From: Vicugna vicugna
Taxonomy: Eukaryota
Reading direction: 5' to 3'
DNA length: 64,000 bases
NCBI GenBank assembly: GCA_013265495.1
Contig: MU058009.1
Location: forward strand, 2,048,001-2,112,000
Positions 1 to 13,082 of the stretch are shown here, one piece after another. Under the pieces are notes generated by a model, which was given only the letters and a program-made list of their open reading frames with translations, ran no database searches and was not told the origin of the DNA. The translations under genes were made by a program, and so were the position numbers. Within the stretch, counting starts at the first letter, position 1, and each line of letters starts with the position of its first letter.

Positions 1-904
1 CTTCATTCTCCCACAGGTTCCATGGAAAATGACAGGACAGAAATAAATTGGTGAAACAATCGCTCACTTAAAATCCGGGTATTCACTGTTGTTAAAGAGC
101 CAGTTGTGTGTGGACAGGTGTGGAGAGGAACGCAAGGGAGAAGAAAACCCACCCTCAGCAGTGATGACAGACGCCGGCCTTGAAACACACACCAACTGGA
201 CGTGGCAGCAGAGCTGCCTGTGGCACTGGGCAGATGCCCAAGGAGCTGTTCTAGGGAAAAACTGAGCCCCAGATCCCCCAGAGACACTGCACAGCTGACA
301 GAATGAATACGGAGATAAACAGCCAGGAAACAACAGTAAAAAGAAAATTTTTACCAATATTTATAGATGTTTTCTTAGACAGGAATATAATTAGGCTGCC
401 AAGCGGCACATGCTGAAGATGAAACAAGAAAACTCCATCGCTCTGAACATCCCCCTGTTGACAGACTCTGGGAGGGAAGGCCTGGTCTTCCAACAGCCTG
501 ACTCATCACCAAGCTCTAAGCTGTGCAGCACCGTCTGTGCGGGATCACTTTCACGTACTCATGTGCCGCATTCTTACTTCAGTGTCTTGATCAACAGTCC
601 ACGGTAGTTCTTAAAACTATTAAGATGTAACTAGTTATCATGAGCTGAAAAGGTGTTATTAGCAAATCATCCATTTTGTCTGAAAGAGCTAAATTTGGGA
701 TTCTTAGAGTCCGTCTGCATTGCCTTCCAAAATGATGTTCTACGTGTTTGTTTCATTGGTGAAATTCTGTATCATATTTTACTCAACTTCCTAGTTAACT
801 AGTAAACAAACAGAAATTCTTCCAAGATTGGTCAGACCCAGACAAGAATCAACCTGAAAAATCCTTCTCATTCTCTCTTGCACCAATCAGTTACAGTGAG
901 AGAG

Positions 905-1085
905 TTAAGTGTAGTCTCAAGACTAAGAGTCCCCTTCTAGGTCTGCCACTTACTGTGGCGGGTTTACAACTCAGCCTCCGTGTTTCAGGTTCCTCACCTG
1001 AACACATAATATAGCTCACCTAACTCACAAGGGTTGTTACGAGAACCGAATAGATGAGTATAAGCAAGATGCACACAGTAGGAAC
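905..1085 (+). mobile_element. MIR SINE
   Basis: tctgccacttactg, cagcctc..tttc..cctcacctgaa, acctaactcacaagggttgtt core. Confidence 0.6.
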
Positions 1086-4068
1086 TTGTGCAGCGTTCTC
1101 GCTCAGTCATTGCGCCAGCGCCTCCACCAGGAGGCGGAGCAGCCCCAGCCCCAGCCCCCCCACCGCTGCCCGGAGGTGACACATACTGCCTGTCACCCCG
1201 GCGTGGTGTGCTCAAGTCTCCTCGCTACCAAATATCGCTCTTTCCATGAAATTCTAGTTCACTTTAATTTATAAACATTTTCTGCAATTTGCTGCAGAGA
1301 AAAGACCAGGTGCTAATCTTGGCCCATCCGTTTACTAGGCTCTGTGATCCGGAGCAAACTGCCTAACATCTGCTTCTTCCTCTGTGAAAATGAGGCCAAC
1401 ATTAGCTACCTCAATAATCTGTGTGACGGCACCTAGCCTGGTTTCTAAACTGGCGTACCTTCTGGCAAATAAAACCGGCTTTCCATTACTTCTTCACAAA
1501 GACTGAACAAAGCTTTATGCTACTAGACGCTGGTTACACTTCCACCCTTCAGCGCTGTCGCAGCGCAGCAGTCTCGGTGTCTGGGGGAAGCTACCATGCA
1601 GCGTGCAGGGGTCTACGGCAGGGCCGTCCGGTGCGGGACGCCAGTCCCCGCTCACCTGTCTCGCTTCACTGTGAAGTACAGTATTACTAAACACCAGCTA
1701 AGCTAAATACTCAGTTTCCCAGACTGCTTGCATCCAGATGTAGTCAAGGGACATATAAAGCAGCTCTCCTGCCACTGCTGTCTCTTCTCTCTGCGCTGTC
1801 TGCGGGTACCAGAACTGGATCTGAAGTGGCCATCACTGGACCTTAAAGAAAGGCCAAGAGAACCGCAGAGAGCTCTGCCTGGCGTCACTGAGCTGCTGGC
1901 CCAACCACAGCAATGTCTCCTTTTCTGTTCATTTTACTGTTTCTTGAGGCCAAAAGCACTCCTAACTAAAACTCTTTTAAATGAAACACTTAAAACAGTT
2001 ATTGAATGTTTTATACATAATGTAACTAACCCTAAAAATATAGTTAATGGACATTTGTACTTTTCTGACGCGTACTCAAGCTAATATTTCACCAAATATA
2101 AACAGTTCTAACACACTCAAAACATTCAATGTGAAAAGAGACTGGAACTCTTAGCAATAAGACCCGGGAACTGTGTCATCCTGCCGCGTGCATTACTTTC
2201 TGCAGCAGTGGCGTTGTCTAGAGCTCTCATTTAAAGGCTGGGAAGGGAAGGGGATGTCGGTACGCTGGCAGGAGTCAAAACGACCTTCTACTCTGGGAAG
2301 AGGATAGAAGGAAAAGAAAAGACCAGCATCTAGGTCCATGGGGGTAGAGGAGGAGGTGCTGAAAATACAGTAACAGAAGAAAAAGAGAAGGCCGGAACAG
2401 GACAGCGGTGGGCATAAAGGAGGGAGAGAGAAGCTTCAGATTTGGCAGTTTCCCCCCCACATGTCTGAGGTGAAGTGAGAAGAAGCCAGAGATGCTATTC
2501 TATTCCTTACTGTGCTGGTAAATGTTTAAAAGCTCGCTCTGCAGGGGCAAAGGCCTTGCTTTACAGCATTTGCCGGTGTCCGTGGTATAAACATTGCCAA
2601 CACGGCTGGGTTCCAGTTACCGACGCACCACAACTGAACACAGAGTTGAAAAGAGGTGCCGGCAGAGCAGCCTGTTAACATAGTACTCAACCCACACCAC
2701 AGACTAGATAGACGTAACGTCAGGAGCACAGATGACAGTTACACAGTAAAATAACTACCAGAAGCTATACATACTTATTACCTTTGTTTTTAATACAATT
2801 CACTTACTCGTAAATTCGTATGCTTTACTTTTTAATGATGGCTGCGTTTAGCAAGCGTACCACAAAATCCCTACACACCTCCCGGCCGGCTCCAGCTCAC
2901 CACTCATCTGCGTCCCTCTCCGCGCTTGGCCCGGAGCCTCTCCACCTCTACCAGCCCCTGGGAATGGGCGTCCAGGGCCTGGCAAGGGTGCGGCCCACTC
3001 TGACTTTACAAGAACAAGGAGCGGGGAAAGGGAACAGACTGCAACCTGGTTCTCCTGATTCTCTTTTAACTTAAGCGAACACATTCCAAAGAACACAGGT
3101 TTGGCTACAAGAGTAAAAGCACCGAACTCAGAATGTTAGATAAGAAACTAATGCCATAAAATGAGCCTGGAGCTTTGAAACAGAGGGGATGGAAAGACAT
3201 CACTGCTTAATAGTGGAGCCTAATTCTAAGTATGGTCTCTCTAGGGCAACCACTCAAAATCCAAACAGGAATTTCAACATAACAACAATGTGCTAGTCAT
3301 TGACTTTTAAGAAAACCCCTATTCCAATGGTTTATTTAACTTAAGGCTGGTGACATTTTAGGGATGTTAGTTTAGCATAACAAAAGTGTTTTTATTAATC
3401 TTAGCAAAGTACTGCTCTTACTCCCAGAAATACACCACAAATTTTTTAAAAACTGGAACTATTTGGCCTTAGAGAGTTTCCAATTTTCCATTTTCTGACC
3501 ACAGCCTCCTGTGTCCCAGGTCTCCACTGTTCACGTAACATGACAAGTGAGGTTCAGATTCAGACACCGCATCCCTTCCTTCCTGTATCCTCCCCTAGGG
3601 TACCCACCCCCTTCCAGTCTCTCTCTCTTTTTTTTTCACTACCCAGTATGGATCCTGTGGTTGATTATTTGAACTTTTAAAAATATCAGTGCCCTTAATC
3701 TCCTTGCAATATCAACCTTCTGCTGAACCAGTCCAGCAAACCCCCCAACCTAAACCAATATTCTTCCCTACTTGCAAGCCTCTGTATTGCTGGAGAAACA
3801 CTGCATCACCGAGGAGAATTAAACCAATGCAAACGCACAGTCTCCCACCTAGAAATGCCAGTTACTTTCTGGCCCACTCCCTAGATCTCCTCCTGGAGCA
3901 CCCACTCCCCTTTAGGCTCCCTGTCCAGTCTGACGTCCACTCCCCTGCCGACAACATCCCAGCACAGTTGAGCAAACCACAAGATAATGAGTCTGTCTCC
4001 TAAGATTTTGGAACTACGTCTGAATCTTTAATTATCTCCACTGAGTTGCTAGAACTAGGAAATATTTC

Positions 4069-4090
4069 AAAAAAAAAAAAAAAAAAAAAA
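4069..4090. repeat. Poly(A) tract, 22 nt
   Basis: Directly visible. Confidence 0.95.
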
Positions 4091-4681
4091 GATGAGACCA
4101 AAAAAGGCAGCAGCTGCTACTGCAGTGAAAGAAGCAAAACCCCCCAAACCGGAAACAAATTCCCTTAGTTCCACATTGCTTCTGGCTTTTTTGCCTTATT
4201 TTATATCCTGTCTCCTAAACCTCAAATGCCAGCTCCCTAACTTCCACTTTTAAAAACACTACCCTTGCAGTAGTTACATGCAGGTTTGAGACTCAGAAAC
4301 GCGGTCAGGAATCAGAATGTAAGTTTGGGAGGCGGACATATACATGGTAGTGAAAGCTGAGACAGTGAGCAAGGAAGTCGAAAACCAAGGGCACAGAATG
4401 AGAAGGCGTTCCAACCCGAAACTTTCGGAGGCCTAGAGGCGGAGGATGCCCTGTAAGAGAAGGGTGAGAAGACAGGACTCTAAGTGTGTTGGGTCACATC
4501 GATCAAGAGAAGAAAAGTGTCAGGATAAGAGAAATGAAATACTGCTGAGAGTTTAAGTAAAGGGAGCAATAAAGTAAGAATGTTTACATTAAGCCAGACA
4601 GAGACCACTAGTGATGCAAGGGAAGAAAACAGGAGTGAAGGGTTTAAGAATATATTTGTGATAAGTGAATTTAACAATGAT

Positions 4682-4779
4682 GGGGAGAGGGAGGGTAGAG
4701 CTCAGTGGCAGAGCACATACTTGGCATGCACGAGGTCCTGGGTACAAGCCCCCAGTACCTTCATTAAAAAAAAAAAAAA
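4682..4779 (+). mobile_element. tRNA-derived SINE, camelid Vic-1-like
   Basis: A-box-like tagagctcagtggcagag, B-box-like ggtacaagcccc, poly(A) tail. Similar to the copies at 43088 and 61263. Confidence 0.85.
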
Positions 4780-5552
4780 GATGGCCCTAGAATCTAACCT
4801 GGGTAAGAAGGTGAGTGAACACAAGAAGTGGGTGACGGCAGGAACTGGAGAGGCCAACGGAATTATGGCACTGGACATAATATTGTGTGCTGAGCATCAC
4901 TGCTGACAGTACAGCAAATCACTAACAAACGAAACTGAATTTCTGTTCCTAGTTAGCTCAATGAAGGATAAAATAAGACAAAATTATGGTTGCTTTAAAA
5001 TTTTAATTATCTGGCCTCTTCCTTCCTCCCTGGAAGGAGTAAGGAGAGGACAGACCAAGCATAGTAAGTGGAAGGGCAGACAGATGAAAAGGGCAGCTCA
5101 TGTAATGGGGGGAAAACAATAGTCAAATTTCACTGCGACATTTAGTTTATGAAACAGAGGCATGGAAAGTAAGACTGGAAAAGTAGAACGGGGTCAGAGA
5201 TCATGGACAGTCTTGAATATCATGACAAGGGGTTTGAAGTTTCCTCTGTACAAAATGAAAATGGTAAATTCTGAGAAGAGGGGCAGGACAGGTATGTTTT
5301 AATAAGAAAACCCTAGTGGCAGAGTAAACCTCCCAGGGTAGAAGGAAAGGAAGACAAGAAGCAGAAGACCACTTAGCAATTTGCACACACAGGCCAAGAA
5401 AGACATGATAAAAGCCTGTAGCACGCAAATAGGATGAAGAGTAAGAAGAGCACAGGGACGTTAAGAGACACAGAGGTGGAAAAGACAGAAACTATCAAAG
5501 CGATCAGATACATGAGAAGTTAGGTCAGATGGTTCTGCAGTGTTCCCCTCAT

Positions 5553-7200
5553 TATAACTGACAAACTATCAACTGTGAATATTCAAAATGTACATTTTGA
5601 TAAGTTCTGACACCCATAAAACTGCAACCACACTCAAGATTATAAGTACATTTATCAACCCCCAAAGTCTCTTGTATCTCTGTAATCTCTCCCTCTCCCC
5701 ACCAGTCCCCTATCCTGCTCACCAGACAACTGACCTAGTTTCTACCACTGTACATGACTTGCATTTCCTACAATTTTTTATTGATTTTTTTAAATTAGCA
5801 TTTCCACAATTTTAAATGAAAGGAGTCACACAGAATGTACTCTATGCCGTCTGTTTTCTATCATTCAGCATAATTATTTTGAGGACCATTCATGTTGCTG
5901 TATTTATCAATAATTCATTCCTTACTATTCCTGAGTACTAGTCTATTGCATGGATACCACTATTTGTTTATGCATTGATCTTCTGTTCATGAGCTACCTG
6001 GGCTGTTTCCAGCGTGGAGCTATTATGCATAAGGCTGCTATGAACAGTCATGTGTGAGTTTTTGTACAAACGCAGGCCTTCTTTTCTCTTGGATAAACAC
6101 CTAGCAGTGGAATGACTGGACTATGTCGTTGGTGTATGTTCAAGAAACTGACAAACTGTTTTCCAAGCTGGCTGTAGCATCTTACATTCCCCCAGCACTG
6201 TGCCAGCATTCCAATTCCACCACATCCTCACCATTCTAATAAGTATGTAGCAGTACCTGTCATTTTCACTTGCATTTCTCTAATGACTACTGATATTGAG
6301 AATCTCTTTATCTGTTTATTTGCCATATATCTTTTTGGTGATGTGTCTGTTCCAATCTCTGCTATTTTTTTTAAATTGAGTTCTGTTTTCTTGTTGAGTT
6401 TTGACAGTTCCTTGTACATTCTAGATACAAGTCCTTTATTAGGCATAATCATTGCAAATATATTTTCCCAGTCTACAGTGTATGTGTAATGTCTTTCAAA
6501 GAACAGAAGTGTTAAATTTTGATGAAATTCAATTTACTATCTTATGAACTGTTCTTTTCATACTGCATCTAAGACATCTTTGCCTAAACAAATCTTTCTC
6601 CTAAGTTTTCCTCTATACGCTTTATAGTTTAAGCTTTACATTTGGATACATGATCCATTTTGAGTTAATTTTTGCAGAAGGAACAAGAAATAAATCAAAA
6701 GGATTTCTGGAGGCATATGGATATCTATCCAACTGTTCTAGCACCATTTGTAAAACAGGCCACGTTTCACTAACTGACTTTGAACCTCTGTTGAAAATAA
6801 GTGGTCCATGTACGTGTGTTCCGTTTCTGGACTTTTCTGTTCTGTTGGTTTACCTACTTGTCCCCTAAATGCCACATTCTCTTGGTATTGTAGTTTTATA
6901 GTTAAGTCTTCAATGCAATTAGTTAGTTAGTTATCCAACTTTCTTCTTCTTTTTCAAATTTGTTTTGGCTGTTTTTCTAGGTCCTTTGCATTTCCATATA
7001 AATTGTTAAATCTGCTTATCAATTTCCACAAAAAAGTCTGAGATTTTGACTGGGATCAATTTGAGAAGAGAAGACATCTTAACAATATAAAGACTTCCAA
7101 TCCATACATAGAGTGTGTAGCTCTTTTGGGGAGGGGAGGATATTCTTGAATTTCTCTCAGAAATGCTTTGTAGTTTTCAGTACACAGATCTTTTACAAAT
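5553..7200 (-). mobile_element. Old L1 (L1MC/L1MD-like) 3' portion
   Basis: Antisense L1 3'UTR and ORF2 C-terminal relics. ORF 6228..6452 gives KGLVSRMYKELSKLN...IREMQVK. Confidence 0.8.
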
Positions 7201-8774
7201 GGGTTTTGTTACATTTTCTGACGGACGTTAATATGACTGGTCTATGGACTACACTTAGAGTGGCAAGACTTCGTGTAGTTGTCCCAGGTATATATATTTT
7301 AAATATACACTATGTATTTTACATACACAAACTACTTTTATTTCTCCTTTATATTAGATGTGAAAAATAATACTGATTTTTTGAAATTGTGTTTCTTTGT
7401 AGGTTGTTGTACCATTTGTAAATTTCATTTCAGAATCATAAGAAAGGATTTTAGAAAATATTTATCATAACAAGGGGGCGCAGGGTTTGCTGAGGTTAAG
7501 AACTACTCCTCTAAGCCGTTCTGTCAGTAGTTTCCACAAAGCAACATTTAAGCATCATTTGGTAGGACATATTCCGAGGTTATAAATTAACAAAAGGCTA
7601 TCTAGAAATTGACTTCTCTCCAAACATCAGCGGCACCTGCTAATGGCACTAATAAGAAAACTAAAAACAGCAACAAGAAACACAGAAAATAACTTAAGAT
7701 GATTTACACTTTTTGTGCTCCAAGAGGGGAACATGCAAAGCCGGAACTCACCAAGCTTGTGTTCTGGCTGTATCACTAACTTCCTGTCTTTGTGAATCAG
7801 AACCACCTACCTAAATCCTTCTGTCTCTCGATTTCTATGATTTTAAAATGATAGTTCACGACCAGATGATCTCCACTATCATCCGTCCCACTACGGAAAT
7901 CTATGACTCATACCTGTGGGCGAGTAGAAGCCACCACTGGTTCATTAAGTCACCACTATGATCTGTCTTTGCCCAGAATGCCTTAGTTTCTACCTAAGTT
8001 CTGACACTAAACAGTGAAATAACAACGGGCCAGTTGTTTAATCCCCTTAGTTTCCTTGTCAGTAAAAGAGAGGCAATAATATTGTGTAAGAATTTACAGA
8101 GCATGAGAATTCAAGGTTAATGGAAAGCACTTTGAAAGCACACATAAAAGCACTCAAGAAGTGTTACAACTGTATCTGTAGTACCACACGCTCCCTCTTC
8201 CCCTGAAATTACATAACGTTACAGATGAAAAATTACATTCTATGATTTCCCATCACTTAACCGGAGAGGAAATATTTTGCTCTCTTTAATTTCGAGCAAT
8301 AAAAAGCTGCAGCTTTGGATTCTGTACATGAAATGATGGTTCATATAAATAAGCAGGTAAACTGCCTTCCTCCATTAAACTACTTATCATAAGGGACAAG
8401 GTTTCCACATATCTCGAATTTGGGATAAAGAATACTTTTCTGAACATAAGTTATTGGAACCATATTAACCTCCTGAGGTAAGGCAATGTTTATAGTCCAA
8501 GAAACGCTTCTCCAATATTTGTACACAAAAATCCTCACACAACATTCTGGGGTAACTATGAAAAATAAAATAGCTGATCCTTGATCATCTTGTGGAAACC
8601 AAGAAAAGATGAGCTGTACAGAGTTCTGTCCATCTCCAAATGGTACTTCATCCACCAGACTGACTGTATCCCAATAAGTTGCAAGAGATTTTCTGGGAGG
8701 AAAAGAGAAGACCCGTTAAGCTGCGTTTAACGTCTTCCTTTATCTGTGCGAGGATCATCAGTGAGAGACCAGAT

Positions 8775-8938
8775 CAGTGGTTCTCATTTTGTGCTTAATC
8801 ATCATCTTAGGAACCTGATAAAAATTCAGGTTCCGGTCCCCATCCCTGCAGAGTCTGGTGAGTAACATCTAGTTTTAAAAGGTTTCTCAGGTCAGTCTGA
8901 TGCTAGAGGCTCCCAGATAAAACTCTGAGAAACACGGC
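8775..8938. mobile_element. MER5-like hAT-Charlie MITE
   Basis: Terminal inverted repeats cagtggttctca / tgagaaacacgg. Confidence 0.6.
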
Positions 8939-9403
8939 ACTAAACAAACAAGTAATCCTCAAAGTTATCAACATTTTATACTTGTGTTATGCCTTTTGCC
9001 TAAAAAAGGGGGCTTTCCAGACACCTCACCTCACGTTTGCAGCCACAGTTCACAGACAGGCACAAAAGCTGACGCCATGAATTTTTTTTCTGAAGTATAC
9101 ACTACACGACGAAGCACCTCAGAAAACTAAGGTGCAAGATTCCATACACTCTTTAGAAGACAAAAAAAACCTCAGCATTTCAAATTACTATAGTTAATAT
9201 AATTTCACACTTCCTACTCCCAGAAGTTTAAGAAAAGAAACACAGTCACAGTATAATTTAAACACATGATGAACTAATCCTTCTGTTCCCACAGCTAAAT
9301 TGTGGTCTAGGCTAAAGCAACACACAGACTAGAACTTGGCAAAACGCTCATCTTTTTCAACCACCAGCTGATCAGCAGAATTCACCTACAGCTCAGTGTA
9401 AGC

Positions 9404-9582
9404 ACTGCTTCCAGAGGAGCGGTCTGAGGAACACCTGCGCCAGAATCACATGGATAAAACTGCAGTCTTAATCCTATCCCACAGCCACTGAAACAGAATT
9501 TGGGGGCTTAGGCCACAAGATTTTGTTTTAACATGTCCCCAGTGTAACATGTAAACACAGTGAGTAAAGCCTGAGACTCGGT
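9404..9582. mobile_element. MER5A-like hAT-Charlie MITE
   Basis: cacctgcgccagaatcacatgg, ctgaaacagaat, ttttaacatgtccccagtg motifs. Confidence 0.5.
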
Positions 9583-10009
9583 GATGGAGAGCAGTCACTG
9601 GTAACAGAAAAACGAAGACAGCAGCACAGCACCCTTAAGTCTATTAGTAACTGCCCCTCCTTGGACTGACTTTCAACCTGCTGTTTTGGAATCATGGAAT
9701 TAAAATGTTGAGAAGGATTAGAGTGATTGTAAGTGAAACTCTCTAAGGGGAAACTAGAGTCCAAAGAAAGCAAGTATCTTGTCTAAAATTATAAGAAAGG
9801 TAGCAATACCAAGACCAAAACATAACTGTCATTGTAAAGCCAAATTAACTTTCTGATCATCTGTGGGACCCTAACATTTATAGCTCATTTCCAATGAACA
9901 TGGAGACTGACCTCTTATTAAGAAAAGAGATAACTGATCTTTCATTTAGTTTTATATTTAATCAAAAGCACCAATTATTCATAGCAATTAAGAAATGAGA
10001 GCACAAAAG

Positions 10010-10200
10010 AGCAAGGACCTACTGTACAGCACAGGGAACTATATTTAATATCTTGTAATAACACCTATAATGGAAAAGGATCTGAAAGAGACTACACACA
10101 CAAACACACACTCTCTCTCTCTCATATAAACAATCATTTTGCTGTATACCTGAAACTAACACAATGTTGTAAATCAACAGTACTTCAATTAAAAAAAAAA
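10010..10200 (+). mobile_element. 5'-truncated L1 3' end (artiodactyl-type)
   Basis: caaggacctactgtacagcacagggaac...cttcaattaaaaaa. Imperfect TSD agaaatgagagcaca / aaaaatcagagcaca. Confidence 0.8.
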
Positions 10201-10379
10201 TCAGAGCACAGATAAAGAAGGGCTCCAATTACACAAACAAAAAATTTGTGGGGTAATAATAAAGATACATTTTTTTTGGTTTTAATCATCAAATTAAGTT
10301 GCTATAAATGCTTTTATAATAGATAAAAGATAGATAAAATTAAGTTTGTAAAATATAAAACAGAATTACATTTAAAAAT

Positions 10380-10615
10380 CAACATTTACTGAGTGGAAAA
10401 TATGCATCTGGCCTGCTCTAGATACTTTATATAGTTTATCCTTACACATTTAATCTTCCCAATAACCTTATGAGGTTTAAGAATAGTCCTGCAATCACCA
10501 TTTCACAAATGGGGAAAACAAGGCACAGAGAAGTAAAATTACTTGCTCAAGATAACATAAGATTAGAACCCAAGCAATTTGTCACCAGAACCCATACTCT
10601 TAATTACCATGCTAT
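10380..10615 (-). mobile_element. MIR SINE
   Basis: catttactgag, tttaatcttcccaataacc, ccatttcacaaatggggaaaacaaggcacagagaagt core. Confidence 0.7.
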
Positions 10616-11346
10616 CCTGTTTTAAAATTGTATGATTATTTTTTGATAAAATACATTTTATAGAAACCTAGTAGCTTTTATTTTATATATACTTACGGCT
10701 CAAGATACTTATACAATAGTTATTAATGTTTCCAGCTGTATAGCATGAGCACTTAATCTATGCAGCATTTTAGAAACACTTTTATAAACAGAAAACAAAA
10801 ACCCACAAGTTATATATATTCAGGATACAAGTTTAAGGCATTTTTAGGTGCTCTTCTAGTGATAGTTTTAAAAGATAAAAGAAAACCTTTCCACAGTGCG
10901 GACACTAAAAGACGCCATTATCAGGTCTCAAATTACTCTGGCAGACACGGGAAAGGACACTGCTGTTACTCTGCAATTGATATACTGTTTACAGTAACAG
11001 CTACAAGTCATTAAAAAATATTGATCAAACTGACTTAATTCTAGAGAAGAAAATATATGTGACTCATGACTTTGCACCATTATGAAAAGCAAGGCACAGT
11101 CACAGACCCAATAACAAAAGTGTCACCGGGCGTGTGACTCTGCTCACACCTTGGCTACATCTAAGGGGAAGAAGGAGATGAACACAACCACAACAGCAAC
11201 TAGAAGAGTTGCCAGCTACATTTTTCTATCACTGCAGACAAAATTTTTGATGACAAAGTCCACGGTCAGCACATGTTGTCAACAGAAATATTACTGAAAG
11301 AAAAACCGTTCTTTGAATTTTCCACACCTAACTCTTTGTTGCCCAC

Positions 11347-11424
11347 CTGAAATCCATGCTTGCCTCTCCACCACGTGCTTAACACTTTCGGGGGCATGTC
11401 AATAACAGACACAATGTCTCCCAC
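11347..11424 (-). CDS. ARHGAP32: ARHGAP32 coding exon, 78 nt, SH3 domain: VGDIVSVIDMPPKVLSTWWRGKHGFQ
   Basis: Manual translation gives SH3 GDIV and WWRG motifs. Acceptor ttttttctcctag|GTG, donor CAG|gtgggc. Phase 0-0. Confidence 0.96.
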
Positions 11425-12959
11425 CTAGGAGAAAAAACGTTAAGCAAAGCACTTTTAGTCAAATTTTAAAGCAACTGCCTCTAGAATTTAAATATAAACT
11501 GTAACAAAAAGGTGAAGTACTGTCTTACTCTCTGGCTCATTACTCCTGTTAAAACATTAACATTTCTTTCTGTAAAAAATTGAATAATCTTAACCATTTG
11601 TTAAGGAGAGGTTTACAAAAAGTTAAGCAGCAAGAAGACTGAGATGCAACAAACATGTAGTAACTTCGGGAAGCCTGACGTACAGTGTAAGATTTTTGAA
11701 CATCAGGCATCATACATCACCACTTGTGCTAAAATATTCTGTAACTGCTATCACTAAAAGTGATCAGACTCACTTACAAAAGGCAGTTTTAATAACTCAC
11801 ATTTAGAACATCAGCATCTATTAATACATGGTGAGTGCTCACCATGTGCCAGGCACCATGCTAAGCATTCGGCATATCTTATTTCATCATATAGGAAAGC
11901 TCTAGGATGTCCACAATCACTGGGTTATTTTCAGTAAGTGTAAAGTTGGGTGACAACTACACTTCTTCCAATAGATGGTCAGTATAACATTCCTGATAAA
12001 CAGCTGACTTTCTTCACTCCAGAAGACAAACTAGTGCGTTTACAAACTTTCACAAAATCATAAATATAAAAATTGCAATAATAGTCTTTAATAATATATT
12101 TAAAGGAAGTTGTACTCTTCAATCAAAATAAGTGATGATCTCTGTGATAAAAGAGTTTAGCAGTTCAGAACAATGTTCCTAATGTACACAACACTGCTTT
12201 AAGAATTTTTCTTTGTATAATCACAATTTTTCAAGTCATGAAGGTCACCTTCACATAGTCTTATCTGCTAACAGACGTGGTCTCTTTCAAGACCAAGGAT
12301 TTTTTTGTGTATAGAATCTAAAAATTTAAGTTTGAGAACAGTTTGAATTCTAGACAGTAAAAATTTATACTTTTTTCCTCTAAAATTGAATAACTTTCAG
12401 CATATTTTTTAGTCTCTTAGCCAGTATTAAAGGAAGAAACTTAGTTCCCCTCCTTTTGTGTCTGATAGCAAGAAATGTTCGTTTTGCTTTTCATCTGGTC
12501 TTTACCTCAGCCTACGAACAAACACCCAGAAGAAAGGATCACTGGGTATTGTTCCTAGGTGATAAAAACACAAAGGCAAAGGCGGAGACCTGGCTTTCAG
12601 GAAGCTCACAGACAAAGAGGGGAACAACTGTGACTGAAAGCAGTAAGTGGCATGTCAGAGACAAGCCAGGAGGACAGTCAAAACGGCATGCGGTGCGGGT
12701 TTGGGGGGCGTGCATATTTCCATGGAGCAGAGGGAAGGAGACCAGGGATGACTTCCTACAAGAAATGAGAGACATTTAAGCTGAATTTTCAAGGATGAGT
12801 ACAGTCATTTAAAAAAAAAATAGATGACATGCCAGACTAAAAGACAATGATGCACAGGAAAATCTGGTGCTTTTAGTTAAGGAAATTGTTTAAGCCGTTA
12901 AAGATGAGGCTGGAAGGGAGTGGGGACTGAGCTAACACACAGCACCTTTAGTCACGCAC

Positions 12960-13082
12960 CTCTAAGGTCAGCTCGTCCGGGGCCCGAGCAGTGTACCGCT
13001 TGATGACGTGGGCAGCACCAACGGCAGGAGTGTTAATGGAGGACTCCTCATGAACCAGCAGGTGATTCCCCTTGTTATCCAT
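12960..13082 (-). CDS. ARHGAP32: ARHGAP32 coding exon, 123 nt, PX-SH3 linker and SH3 start: MDNKGNHLLVHEESSINTPAVGAAHVIKRYTARAPDELTLE
   Basis: Manual translation gives the SH3 RT-loop YxAxxxDELTL. Acceptor tttctgtgctgcag|ATG, donor GAG|gtgcgt. Phase 0-0. Confidence 0.96.

Noticed and set aside
4682..4779. tRNA genes here and at 43088 and 61263
   Set aside because: The tRNA-like heads are followed by poly(A) tails, some with TSDs, and are mutually diverged, so they are SINEs rather than functional tRNAs.
8380..8655. 91-aa minus-strand ORF as an ARHGAP32 coding exon
   Set aside because: No similarity to ARHGAP32 as I recall it, and it is out of phase with the upstream phase-0 exon.
1..11346. 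Next ARHGAP32 exon completing the SH3 domain (VGLFPGHCVELI...)
   Set aside because: Not found by eye in this interval. It most likely lies beyond the window start, so this is not evidence of exon loss.
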